Shown one piece after another: positions 20,916-30,079 of a stretch of 64,000 bases of DNA (the first letter of the stretch is position 1; every line of letters starts with the position of its first letter). Made by a program: the position numbers and the translations under genes. The notes below the pieces were generated by a model. The model was not told where the DNA came from and searched no databases. It saw nothing but the letters and a program-made list of their open reading frames with translations. The stretch lies in NCBI GenBank assembly GCA_963785725.1, contig CAWAWS010000005.1, forward strand, positions 192,001-256,000. The letters run 5' to 3'. Source of the DNA: an uncultured delta proteobacterium. Lineage in GTDB: Bacteria; Myxococcota_A; Polyangia; Palsa-1104.

Positions 20916-21533
20916 TTAGGCGTTGACCCGTCCGTCGACGGCGGCCAGCGTCTCGCCGATGGCGCGCGCCGCCTCGGCGATCTCGGCCTCGTCGCCGCCG
21001 AGCCACAGCCGGCCGACGGCGCCGAACGTGATGACCTCGAGCAGGTGGATGTTGGCCGCCTTCTCCGCCTCGTTCGCCGCCAGCGCCGCATACGCCGCCG
21101 GGTGCACCTCGAGCGTGTACAGCGTCTGCCCTTCGTTGATCATGTCGCCGTGCCGCATGCGATCGATGAGCGCCGCATGATGCCCGTCGATGCCGGTGAT
21201 CGTCTGCTCCGACAAGATGCGCGGCTTCAGCCGATCCTGCATCGAGACGCCCAGCTTCTCCAGCATCGCGTCGCCCGCATGCCGCACTTCGCCCTGGTCG
21301 AAGCTGTGGACCTCGAGCATGCCGTACGCGCGCTCGACGATCTGCATGCCCGGGATGACGCGCGTCTGCTTGAGCGCCACGTCGGTGATGGTGTTGATGG
21401 CGATGCCGGGCGCGATCTCGATCAACAGCGCCGCCTGATTGGCCAGCGGCAAGAAACCCGACGCGACCGTCTGAAAGAACGAGGCCAGCTGCGGCTGCAG
21501 CACGTCGAGATAGGTGAAGGTTCGCAGCTCCAT
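20916..21533 (-). CDS. Bacterial microcompartment shell protein, tandem-domain BMC-T (CcmP/CsoS1D-like)
   Basis: LDVLQPQLASF, IEIAPGIAIN, VERAYGMLEVH, LEVHPAAYAALAANEAEKAA, FGAVGRLWL; resembles Haliangium ochraceum BMC-T proteins as I recall them. Confidence 0.9.
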   Translation of the reverse strand: MELRTFTYLDVLQPQLASFFQTVASGFLPLANQAALLIEIAPGIAINTITDVALKQTRVIPGMQIVERAYGMLEVHSFDQGEVRHAGDAMLEKLGVSMQDRLKPRILSEQTITGIDGHHAALIDRMRHGDMINEGQTLYTLEVHPAAYAALAANEAEKAANIHLLEVITFGAVGRLWLGGDEAEIAEAARAIGETLAAVDGRVNA

Positions 21534-21586
21534 CTTGCGCGCGAGCCTATCACAACGGCTGCGCGCCAGAGGCTACTTGGCGACGG

Positions 21587-22402
21587 TCAGCGCCGGCCGC
21601 CGCGCGTGTCGGTCTTCTTGCCGCGCCGTCCCTTTTGGATCTCGGGCGCGCGCTTGCGCACCTTGGTGAACGTCTTTTTCGCGCCGCCGACGGCCTTCTT
21701 CAGCCGCTCGACCTCCTCCGGCTGCAACACGCGCGTCGTGCCGACCTTCAATTCGTCGAGGCTGAGGCCGGCATAGCCCACGCGCGTCAGCTTCAAGACG
21801 TTGAACCCGAGCGCCTCTGCGGTGCGGTGAATCTGCCGATTCTTGCCCTCGTGAATGCTCACTTCCAGCCACGTGTTCTTGCCCGTGTTGCCCATGATGA
21901 CGACGTCGGCTTCGGCCGTCTTGTCGCCGTCGTCGAGCGTCACGCCGCGCTGCCACGCCATCGCCGTCTCGGTGCCCGCGATGCCCTGCAGCTTGACGTG
22001 ATAGGTCTTGCGCACCTCGTGCTTCGGGTGCATGAGCGCGTGCGCCAAGTCGCCGTCATTCGTACAGATGAGGAGCCCTTCGGTGTTGAAGTCGAGCCGC
22101 CCGACGGGATAGACGCGCGCGCCCGCCCGCTTCAAGAACGTCATGACCGTCGGCCGATTCTCCGGATCCGACATCGTCGTCACGTAGCCGCGCGGCTTAT
22201 TGAGCATCAGGTAAACGGGACGCTCGGCCAACAGCCGCTTGCCGCCGAAGATGACCTTGTCCTCGTCGGGATCGACCTTCGTGCCGAGCTCGGTCACGAT
22301 CTGGCCGTTCACCTTGACGCGCCCGGCCGTGATCATCTCTTCCGCTTTGCGCCGCGAGGCCACGCCCGCCTGCGCCAAAAACCGCTGCAATCGAATCAAC
22401 AT
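21587..22402 (-). CDS. rluB: rRNA pseudouridine synthase, RluB/RsuA family
   Basis: S4 domain (RLQRFLAQAGVASRRKAEE), VGRLD catalytic motif, EGKNRQI. Confidence 0.92.
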   Translation of the reverse strand: MLIRLQRFLAQAGVASRRKAEEMITAGRVKVNGQIVTELGTKVDPDEDKVIFGGKRLLAERPVYLMLNKPRGYVTTMSDPENRPTVMTFLKRAGARVYPVGRLDFNTEGLLICTNDGDLAHALMHPKHEVRKTYHVKLQGIAGTETAMAWQRGVTLDDGDKTAEADVVIMGNTGKNTWLEVSIHEGKNRQIHRTAEALGFNVLKLTRVGYAGLSLDELKVGTTRVLQPEEVERLKKAVGGAKKTFTKVRKRAPEIQKGRRGKKTDTRGGRR

Positions 22403-22420
22403 AATTCTACTTTCGGCTCG

Positions 22421-23899
22421 CTAAAGCTCTGGTTCGTCTTCGGGTGGCTCGTCGCCGTCGCCATCCGGCGATTCGGTGTCGTGGTCTTCTACATCGAGGA
22501 CGCCTTCGGGGCGCTTCTTTTTGCTCGTCGTCTCCGAATGATCGAACTCTTCGTCGACGTGCTCGAGCTCGGCCGGCACCTGCAGCGTGTTGGCGTGCAC
22601 GCGCGTCGGCTCATCGCCGGGCATGGCGTCGAACTCGCGCGTCGGCTCGCCCTCGAACTCGTCGGCCGGCGTCGCCTCCGGCTCGGCCGCCGGCTCGTCG
22701 GCGTCCGTCGCCACGCCCGCGGTGCGGATGAGCCGATCGATCTCCTCGAGCTCCTGCTCGTCCTCGACCGGAATCGTAATCTCGAGGCGCGTCAGCGGCG
22801 GTGGCCCCGGGTCGATGGGCGCGTCACCGTCTTTGCCCTCGATGACGCCCGGCGGCGCCACGCCTTCGAGCGCGGCCACTTGCGCCTGATGCTCCTCGGA
22901 CAGCTCGTGGAACTCGCGCAAGGTCGGCAGCTGCTTCAAGTCCCCCAAGTTGAAGAACTCGAGGAACTCCTTGGTCGTGCCGTACAAGAGCGGCCGACCG
23001 ACCTCCTCTTTCTTGCCCAAGATGCGCACGAGCGAGCGATCGAGCAGCGTCTTCAACGTGCCGCCCGAGTCGACGCCGCGGATCTCGTCGATCTCCGGCC
23101 GCGTCACCGGCTGGCGATAGGCCGCGATGGCCAGCGTCTCGATCTGCGCGCGCGAGAGCTTGACCGGCTTTTGCGCCAGCAGCTTCTGCACCCACTGCGC
23201 GTTGTCGGGGTTCGTCCGAAACTGATAGCCGCCGGCCACTTGGTGCAGCTGAAAGCCGCGCGACGCGAACGTCACCTCGATGGCCGCCACCGCCGACCGC
23301 ACGCGCGCGATCTCGGTCTCGCCCAATAAGTCCGCCAGCTGCTTGAGCGTCAGCGACTTGTCGGCCGCGAACAAGAGGCTCTCGACGATCGACTGCATGC
23401 GCGGCGAGGCCGCGTCGGCCGAGCCCGGATCGGGCGGTGACTCCTCGGGATGGTCCTCGGTCGCCTCCGCCGGCACGGGCTCGTCGCTCAAGCCGGCGCT
23501 GTCGACGTCGGAGGGCCCGGTGCTGACGCCGTTGCTGCCGGCGTGCTCGTGCGCCACCAGCTCGGGCGAATCGACCAGCTCGTCGGCGACGGTGTGCCCG
23601 CCGAGCAGCTCGTCGCCGCCCAGGTCCGCCTGCGCCGCGTCGTCGCCGATCGGCCCGTCGGCGTGGTCGTGCGCGGCCGGCTCGCCGGTCGTGACGCCGG
23701 CCGCGGCCTGCGCTTCGGACGCGCCCGGGTTCAACAGCTCGTCGCCCGCCGCCGCGTCGCGATCTTCGTCCCCCGCCGCCGCCTCCGCGTGCCGCTCGGA
23801 CGCGTCCGAATCCTTGGCGTCGCTGGCAGTTGGCTCCGTCGCCGCGCTGCCGTCCGCGGCGTCCTCCGCCTCTTTCGGCGGTGGCCCTGACTCGCTCAT
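22421..23899 (-). CDS. scpB: SMC-Scp complex subunit ScpB with long acidic extensions
   Basis: [44 protein letters not shown]. Confidence 0.95.
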   Translation of the reverse strand: MSESGPPPKEAEDAADGSAATEPTASDAKDSDASERHAEAAAGDEDRDAAAGDELLNPGASEAQAAAGVTTGEPAAHDHADGPIGDDAAQADLGGDELLGGHTVADELVDSPELVAHEHAGSNGVSTGPSDVDSAGLSDEPVPAEATEDHPEESPPDPGSADAASPRMQSIVESLLFAADKSLTLKQLADLLGETEIARVRSAVAAIEVTFASRGFQLHQVAGGYQFRTNPDNAQWVQKLLAQKPVKLSRAQIETLAIAAYRQPVTRPEIDEIRGVDSGGTLKTLLDRSLVRILGKKEEVGRPLLYGTTKEFLEFFNLGDLKQLPTLREFHELSEEHQAQVAALEGVAPPGVIEGKDGDAPIDPGPPPLTRLEITIPVEDEQELEEIDRLIRTAGVATDADEPAAEPEATPADEFEGEPTREFDAMPGDEPTRVHANTLQVPAELEHVDEEFDHSETTSKKKRPEGVLDVEDHDTESPDGDGDEPPEDEPEL

Positions 23900-24750
23900 T
23901 CTTTGTATTCCTCGGGCCGATCGCGCAGCGCTTCCGCTTGCAGCTTCAGATCGGCGCCTGCCTTCGTGATGTAGATGGCGCTCAACAGGTCGGCCTGCGT
24001 CAGCCGCACCATCTTCAAGCGCGTCATCTCCAAGATCGCCAAGAACGTCACGACGACCTGACCCTTGATCTGCGCCATCTCGCCGCCCTGCTCGACGAAC
24101 GCGAAGCAGCTCTCGAACGAAAATGACCCTTCGGCTTCGAGACGATCGGCGAGCTCGTTGATGCGATCGGTGATGCTGATGCGATCGGTGACGACGTCGT
24201 GCGTGAACGTGACTTTGGCGCGCGACAACACGCGCTCGAGCGACTCGATGAGCCGAAACACCGGCACCTCCGCCAGCGGCGCGCCGCCCGGCAAGACGTG
24301 CAGGCCGGCCGCGTCCTCGGCCGACGAGCCGCGCGGAAAGACGTTGCGCCCGGTCACCGGCCGATCGGCCAGCTTGCCGGCGGCGTCCTTGAACTTCTGG
24401 TACTCGAGCAGGCGGCGAATCAGCTCTTGCCGCGGATCGAGCTCCTCGTCGTCGTCGCCGGCCGTCGCCAGCGCGTCCTCGACCGGATCGGGCGGCACCA
24501 GCTCGCGCGACTTCAAGTGCGCCAGCGTCGCCGCCATCAGCAGATACTCGCCGGCGACGTCGAGGTCGAGCGAGCGCATGACGTCGAGCATGCGCAAATA
24601 CTGATCGGTGATGAACGCGATCGGGATGTTGAGGATGTCGAGCTCGTGCTTCTTCACGAGATGCAACAGGAGGTCGAGCGGCCCTTCGAACTCGGGCAGC
24701 TCCACCTTGTAGGCAATCGCGGGATCGCTCGTGTCGACCGGCTCGCTCAA
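23896..24750 (-). CDS. scpA: Segregation and condensation protein ScpA
   Basis: [32 protein letters not shown] start. Confidence 0.95.
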   Translation of the reverse strand: MSEPVDTSDPAIAYKVELPEFEGPLDLLLHLVKKHELDILNIPIAFITDQYLRMLDVMRSLDLDVAGEYLLMAATLAHLKSRELVPPDPVEDALATAGDDDEELDPRQELIRRLLEYQKFKDAAGKLADRPVTGRNVFPRGSSAEDAAGLHVLPGGAPLAEVPVFRLIESLERVLSRAKVTFTHDVVTDRISITDRINELADRLEAEGSFSFESCFAFVEQGGEMAQIKGQVVVTFLAILEMTRLKMVRLTQADLLSAIYITKAGADLKLQAEALRDRPEEYKE

Positions 24751-24877
24751 GCGGCGCGTCCGAACGCGGAAGTAGGCGCTTTATGTAACAACTTCGAATC
24801 CATGACCGGCCAGCAGTATGTCAGGGCTGGCGCGTGAAGTCACCCCGGACGACGTAGATCTCGGGCTCGGCCGGAAC

Positions 24878-25276
24878 CTAATGGACGGCGAACTGGACGA
24901 TGACGCCGCCGAGCGCGCAGGCGATGAACCCGGCGCCCAAGCCGGCGCCGATGTCGACGCGCTGCTCGTCGCTGGTCGGGCCGCTGGAAATGACGGCGAT
25001 CGACGCCGCCGCGAAGGCGATGGCGCCGCCGATGAGCACCCAGCCGACCGGCTTGACCCAGCGCGGCTTCGGCTGCGGCCCTTGCAGCGCCTGCGCCGGC
25101 TGCCGTTGCTGCGGCGCCGGCGCCAACAGCGGATTGAGCGGCGGCGCGCTCAGCTGCGGCGGCGGATTCGTCGTCGCGGTCGTCGCAGGCGTTTGCGGCA
25201 CCGGCTCGGCCTGCGCGTGCACGACGCCCGAGCCGAACAGCAACCCCAACCCGACGACGACCGCAAGCGCGCGCAT
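24878..25276 (-). CDS. Hypothetical membrane-anchored protein
   Basis: Signal peptide (VHA-Q), Pro/Gln linker, two C-terminal TM helices; GGGAGG RBS. Confidence 0.7.
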   Translation of the reverse strand: MRALAVVVGLGLLFGSGVVHAQAEPVPQTPATTATTNPPPQLSAPPLNPLLAPAPQQRQPAQALQGPQPKPRWVKPVGWVLIGGAIAFAAASIAVISSGPTSDEQRVDIGAGLGAGFIACALGGVIVQFAVH

Positions 25277-25310
25277 GACCCTCCCGATTGTACGCTGTCC
25301 GCGCCGTCGC

Positions 25311-26216
25311 TCAAGCGCGCGGATGATGCTGCTTGACCACTGCCTTCAGCCGCTCGTTCGACACGTGCGTGTAGATTTGGGTGGTCCCGATGTCGGCGTG
25401 CCCGAGCATCGCCTGCACCGCGCGCAAATCGGCCCCGCGCTCGACGAGATGGGTGGCGAACGAGTGGCGCAGCTTGTGCGGCGACAGCCGCTTGCGAATG
25501 CCGGCCACGCGCGCGTAACCGGTGATGAGCTTCCAAAAGCCTTGGCGGGTCATGGCGCGACCGAGATGCGTCACGAACAGCGCCGGCGATTCGCGACCGT
25601 TCAGGAGCGACGGCCGCGCCGTGGCCACGTAGTCGCGGATGCGGTCGCGCGCGCGCTCGCCGAGCGGCACCAGCCGCTGCTTCTTGCCTTTGCCGACCGT
25701 CGACAGGAACATCTCGTTCAAGTTGACGTCGAGCTGGCGCAGATGGACGAGCTCGGACACGCGCAGCCCGGTCGCGTAGAGCGTCTGCAGCATCGCCTGG
25801 TCGCGCAGGCCGCGCGGGTGGTCGGTCGGCGGCGTCGCCAACAGCGCCTCCACTTCGTCGAGCGTCAGCACCACCGGCAGCGGCCGGCCGATGCGCGGCA
25901 GCTCGAGGTCGGCCGTCGGATCGCGCGCGATATGCCGCTCGGCGCGCAAGAAGCGGAACAGCTGACGCAGCGCGACGAGGTTGCGCGCCTGCGAGCGCGC
26001 CGCCAGCTTCGCCGTCGACAGCTCGACGAGATAGGCGAGCAGATGGCGATGCTCGACGGCGCCCGCATCGTCCCCGAGCTCGCCCTGCGCCGCGCAAAAG
26101 CGACGGAATTTCGCGAGATCGCGGCCGTAGGCGTCGATGCTGTTGCGCGCCAGCCCGCGCTCGAGCTTGACGTGATCGAGGAAGAGGTCGATCGCCGCGT
26201 CGAGCGCCAGGCCCAT
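25311..26216 (-). CDS. xerD: Tyrosine recombinase XerD
   Basis: LYATGLRVSEL, GKGKKQR, SPHKLRHSFATHL, LGHADIGTTQIYTHV. Confidence 0.95.
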   Translation of the reverse strand: MGLALDAAIDLFLDHVKLERGLARNSIDAYGRDLAKFRRFCAAQGELGDDAGAVEHRHLLAYLVELSTAKLAARSQARNLVALRQLFRFLRAERHIARDPTADLELPRIGRPLPVVLTLDEVEALLATPPTDHPRGLRDQAMLQTLYATGLRVSELVHLRQLDVNLNEMFLSTVGKGKKQRLVPLGERARDRIRDYVATARPSLLNGRESPALFVTHLGRAMTRQGFWKLITGYARVAGIRKRLSPHKLRHSFATHLVERGADLRAVQAMLGHADIGTTQIYTHVSNERLKAVVKQHHPRA

Positions 26217-26329
26217 CGTAGGACGCTAACGCCGCGCTGCGATCGGCGCAAAAATCGTCTCCATTCATCATCCGCGCGCTCGGTGCTATTTTCCTGTCAC
26301 CTCGCCGGCGCTCGCGACATTGGATAGGC

Positions 26330-27730
26330 ATGAGCGACGATGAAGAAGTGCAACGGGCGCTCGAGCCTGGGCTTGGGCCCGACGAATTCGCGCGGTTCGT
26401 CGCGCGCTCGCAGTCGATCGCCTGCGCCGTCGCCTACAGCGCGCTCGGCGACCGCGCGCTGTCGGAAGATGTCGTACAGGAGGCGTTCTTGATCGCGTGG
26501 CGCGCGCTGCCGTCGCTGCGCGCGTCAACGGCGGAGCCGGCGTGGCTGTGCGGCATCGTCCGTCGCGTCGCCGCCAACGTTCGGCGCAAACGGCGCTGGG
26601 AGGTCACGACGATGGACAGCGCGCCGCAACGGCCCGCGCCCGGACCGAGCGCGCTCGACGAGCTGGTGACGCGCGAGGAAGAGCGGCTGGCCGCGCGTGC
26701 GCTCGCGGTGCTCGCGGACAAGTATCGCGAGCCGCTCGTCCTCTTTTACCGCGGCGATCAGTCGGTGCGAGAGGTCGCCGCGGCGCTCTCACTCTCGGAG
26801 GACGCGGTAAAGCAGCGCCTGAGCCGCGGGCGCAAGCTGCTCGAGCGGCAGCTGCCCGTGGTCGAGCGCGTGCTGCGGGCGACGCGACCGGGTCCGGCGT
26901 TCACGGCCGCGGCCGTCGCGGCGTTCGTGGCCTCGCGCTCGGCGGCTGCCGCCGCGTCGACGACGCCGGCGAGCGGCATCACGGCCGGCAATCTCGCGCT
27001 CGTCGCCGGCTTCGCGCTGCCGATCGTCGCCGGCGTCGCGATCGCGACCGCCTCGTTGGGCAAGCGCCACCTCGCCGCGCCGCACGCGCCGGCGACCGCC
27101 GCCGCAGCGTCGTCGCATGGCGCAGCGGAGGCGGCCGCGAAAACGGCCGGCAGCGCACGTGCACAGCCGAGCGGCGCGCGCGCCGCCGACGACAGGGGCG
27201 CCGCGGTCGCGCCACGCGCCGCATCGGCCGGGCACGGCTGGCGGGCCGCGTTCGAGCGCCGCATCGACCTCGATTTCGGTCAGGCCAACTCGTACGACAT
27301 GATCCGCCTCATCAGCGACGCGACCGACGTGCCGATCCTCGTCAAAGGCGACATCGCCGCGCGCGTGAACCTGCGCCTCACGGACGTCACCGCGCTCGCC
27401 GCGCTCGACGAAATATTGGCGCAGGCCGGCGCCAAGCGGGGTGAGAGCAGCGGCCTGCGCGTCGTTCGCGGCACGCCGGCGCCGGCGCCGCTCGACGGTG
27501 GCGAGCCGATCTCGGCCGAGTTCGCGGACGCCGAGCTGCCCGACGTCCTGCGCGCGATCGAGCCCAAGCTCGGCATGGCCATCGTCGTCGCCGGCGACGT
27601 TCCGCCGACGCGCGTGACCATCAAGCTCGACCACGTCGCGGCCGGCGCGGCGCTCGTCGCAATCCTCGACCAAGTGGGCTTGGCGGTCGAGCGCGTCCCC
27701 GCGCTCGAAGTCACGCCCGACGTCCCATGA
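26330..27730 (+). CDS. ECF sigma factor with TM segment and two C-terminal STN/secretin-N-like domains
   Basis: SEDVVQEAFL..W (region 2); LSEDAVKQRLSRGRK (region 4); hydrophobic segment; two repeats, IDLDF...IRLIS...VNLRL..V....ALDEIL and ISAEF...VTIKL..V....ALVAIL. Confidence 0.82.
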   Translation: MSDDEEVQRALEPGLGPDEFARFVARSQSIACAVAYSALGDRALSEDVVQEAFLIAWRALPSLRASTAEPAWLCGIVRRVAANVRRKRRWEVTTMDSAPQRPAPGPSALDELVTREEERLAARALAVLADKYREPLVLFYRGDQSVREVAAALSLSEDAVKQRLSRGRKLLERQLPVVERVLRATRPGPAFTAAAVAAFVASRSAAAAASTTPASGITAGNLALVAGFALPIVAGVAIATASLGKRHLAAPHAPATAAAASSHGAAEAAAKTAGSARAQPSGARAADDRGAAVAPRAASAGHGWRAAFERRIDLDFGQANSYDMIRLISDATDVPILVKGDIAARVNLRLTDVTALAALDEILAQAGAKRGESSGLRVVRGTPAPAPLDGGEPISAEFADAELPDVLRAIEPKLGMAIVVAGDVPPTRVTIKLDHVAAGAALVAILDQVGLAVERVPALEVTPDVP

Positions 27731-27979
27731 GCGCGAGAGCACTACGGCGCTCAGGCGGTGAGCGTCGAGTCGACCCAGATCTGCGCGCCGTGATCGCTCG
27801 CGCCCCGCAGCAAATCAGCGTCAAATCTTCACCAGTTAGGTCGCGCTGTGGCCGACGCGGCCACAACCGCGACGAACGCGCCGTCACCCGGGCGCGTCGG
27901 GGTCGCCGCTCGGTCGTGAAGCGCGCGGCGGTGCGCAACATCGCGCCCGCGGCACGTCGGTTGCTCTTGCGGCTTCGGC

Positions 27980-28513
27980 ATGCGCCACATCGCACTCTGG
28001 ACCATCCTGTGCTTCGTCTCGCCCATGTTCGCCAGCCGCGCCCGCGCCGACGAGCCCGTCGCCGCGCCCGCGCCCGACGTCCCGGCGCCGCAGCCCGTCC
28101 CCGTCGCGCCACAGCCCGCAGTCGCGGCCACGCAGCCCGACGTTCCGACGCCGCAGCCCGACGCCGCAGCCACGCAGCCCGTCCTCGTCGCGCCGCAGCT
28201 CGTCCTCGCCACGCCGCCGCCCGGCATCAGCGTGGATCCGCGCCTGCACACGACGCGACGACGCAAGGCGCTGCTCATCACCGGCGGCGTGCTGCTCTCG
28301 GTCGCCGGCGTCCTTACGGTCGTCGGCGCCGCGCTCTACGTCAGCGGCAAGCAGACGGTCGACGCCTGCAACGACGACCCCAACGCGCCCTTCTTGTGCG
28401 GCTTGGGCGGCGCCATCGACCAAGGCATCGGCGAGAGCCTCCTCATCAGCGCCGCGCCCCACTTCGCCGCCGGCATCATCACGATCGCCCTCGGCAACGC
28501 CGATCACCGTTGA
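27980..28513 (+). CDS. Hypothetical protein: signal peptide, Pro-rich repeats, two TM helices
   Basis: ARA-D cleavage site, heptad repeats, hydrophobic C-terminal helices flanking a Cys pair. Confidence 0.7.
   Translation: MRHIALWTILCFVSPMFASRARADEPVAAPAPDVPAPQPVPVAPQPAVAATQPDVPTPQPDAAATQPVLVAPQLVLATPPPGISVDPRLHTTRRRKALLITGGVLLSVAGVLTVVGAALYVSGKQTVDACNDDPNAPFLCGLGGAIDQGIGESLLISAAPHFAAGIITIALGNADHR
28091..28216 (+). repeat. Six degenerate 21-nt tandem repeats encoding QPxxxx(P/T)
   Basis: QPVPVAP QPAVAAT QPDVPTP QPDAAAT QPVLVAP QLVLATP. Confidence 0.75.
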
Positions 28514-28533
28514 GTCGCCGGGCGAACGCGACG

Positions 28534-28905
28534 TCAGGTGAGCTTGAGCAGCTCTTTGACCTTGGCGATGACCTGCGGCGCTTGGATCGGCTTCGTAATG
28601 TAAGCGTTCGCGCCCAGGGCCAGCGCGCGCTGCCGATCTTCCTCGGCGCCCTCGGTCGTGATGATGACGATCGGGATCGACTTCAACGCCTCGTCGCTGC
28701 GCACGCGCTTGACGAGCTTGAGGCCATCCATGATCGGCATGTTGATGTCGGTCAGGATGATGTCGAGCTTCGTCGCCGCCATCTTGCGCAGGGCGTCGAC
28801 GCCGTCGTCGGCCTCGAGCACTTCGAGCCCACGAATGCGGCGCAGCGCGAAGACGATGAGCTGCCGCATCGTCGGAGAATCTTCCACCACCAGCGCGGTC
28901 GCCAT
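28534..28905 (-). CDS. cheY: Single-domain response regulator (CheY-like)
   Basis: VVEDS, ILTDINMP, IITT, YITKP. Confidence 0.9.
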   Translation of the reverse strand: MATALVVEDSPTMRQLIVFALRRIRGLEVLEADDGVDALRKMAATKLDIILTDINMPIMDGLKLVKRVRSDEALKSIPIVIITTEGAEEDRQRALALGANAYITKPIQAPQVIAKVKELLKLT

Positions 28906-28909
28906 GGCT

Positions 28910-29764
28910 CTACACCAGATCCGCGGCGGCCCAGAGCTGCGGCTTTTTGCCCTTCAGCTCCGCGGCCAGCCACGCGCCCTGAAGGGACGAGGCAGCGTGC
29001 GCGGCCAAGAGGTTGAACAGCTCGTAATCGACATCGGCCAGCGCCGTCTTTTGCGACAACAGATCCCAAATGACGACCGCGCCGACCACTTTGTCGCGAA
29101 TCTTCAAGGGCACGATGATGAGCGGACGCTCGAGATCCGCGCGCGCCCGCAGCCGCTCGCCGTCGACGTAGGTCTGCCCGCTGGCCAGCACTTGGCCGAC
29201 GCGCCCGTCGGCGACGCCGCCTTCGGGCACTTTGGCGCGCTCGACGCCTTCGGCCGCCAGCGTGCGCAGCTTGTGCTGCTCCTCGTCGACGAGCTGGATG
29301 GCGAAGGTCTTGGCGCCGACGAAGTTCAACAAGATCTCGAGGATGATCTGCGTAACTTCGCGTAAATCGAGCGTCGAGTGCAGCTGGAACGAGGCCACGT
29401 ACAAGTTGGCCAGGTTGTTATTTTCGCGCTCGATGTCGTGGTAGCGATCGTTGAAGTCGCGGTTTTGCCGCTCGACGCCCGAGAAGCGCGACAGCAAGCT
29501 CTCGCGCTCGGCCTCCAGCGCCTCGATGCGCGCCACCAGCTCGCGCAGCGCCGCCGCGTTGGGCTTGTCGACGACGGGACCGCCCGCCGCCACCGAGCGC
29601 CGCTCCTCCTCCAGCTGCACGACGCGAAAACGCAGCTTCTCGTTCTCGCGCATCAGCTCTTCGGTGAACTCGGCGCCGCGCTTGAAAAAGGTCTCGATGA
29701 ACTCGCGCTTGGACTCGACGAGATCGAGCTCCTGCAGGTCCGGCTTGTCATCGGGCTTGGACAT
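28910..29764 (-). CDS. Coiled-coil plus GAF domain protein with no output domain
   Basis: N-terminal heptad coiled coil; LHSTLD...IIVPLKIRDKVVGAVVI...DYELFNLLAAHAA GAF signature. Confidence 0.85.
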   Translation of the reverse strand: MSKPDDKPDLQELDLVESKREFIETFFKRGAEFTEELMRENEKLRFRVVQLEEERRSVAAGGPVVDKPNAAALRELVARIEALEAERESLLSRFSGVERQNRDFNDRYHDIERENNNLANLYVASFQLHSTLDLREVTQIILEILLNFVGAKTFAIQLVDEEQHKLRTLAAEGVERAKVPEGGVADGRVGQVLASGQTYVDGERLRARADLERPLIIVPLKIRDKVVGAVVIWDLLSQKTALADVDYELFNLLAAHAASSLQGAWLAAELKGKKPQLWAAADLV

Positions 29765-29814
29765 TCGCGTTCGCCGAGAATATCACAATCGCCGCCCGTC
29801 GCTAAAAAGCGACA

Positions 29815-30079
29815 CCTCCACCAACCAAGCCGGCAATGCCGCCGCCTCCACCAAACCAAGCCGGCAAGCCGCTGCCTTCGCTCACCGCCTCCACCGACCG
29901 AGCCGGCACAGCCGTCGTCGGCGCAGACGAGCCGGCAAGCCGTCAGCGACGCAAACAAGCCGGCAAAGCCGGCGTCGGCGCGGAGTCGCGCCGTGATCAA
30001 GGGTGGGGCCCCGACGGCTTCGCTACGCGAAGCTGTCGGGGCGGGACGGAACGTCCCGTTAGATCGAAGCGCTTCGCCT
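29815..30079. repeat. Intergenic repeat array plus multi-hairpin REP/MITE-like element
   Basis: Five copies of the core (A/G)AGCCGGCA; hairpins GCCGGC-AAA-GCCGGC, GGCGCG-GAGT-CGCGCC, a 16-bp stem at 30008-30042, GGGACG-GAA-CGTCCC. Confidence 0.7.

Noticed and set aside
25311..26216. Integrase of a mobile element
   Set aside because: Sequence and position near scpAB fit chromosomal XerD; no att repeats or cargo seen
29815..29975. Possible CRISPR array
   Set aside because: The repeat core is only about 9-12 nt, spacers are short and resemble each other, and no cas genes are present
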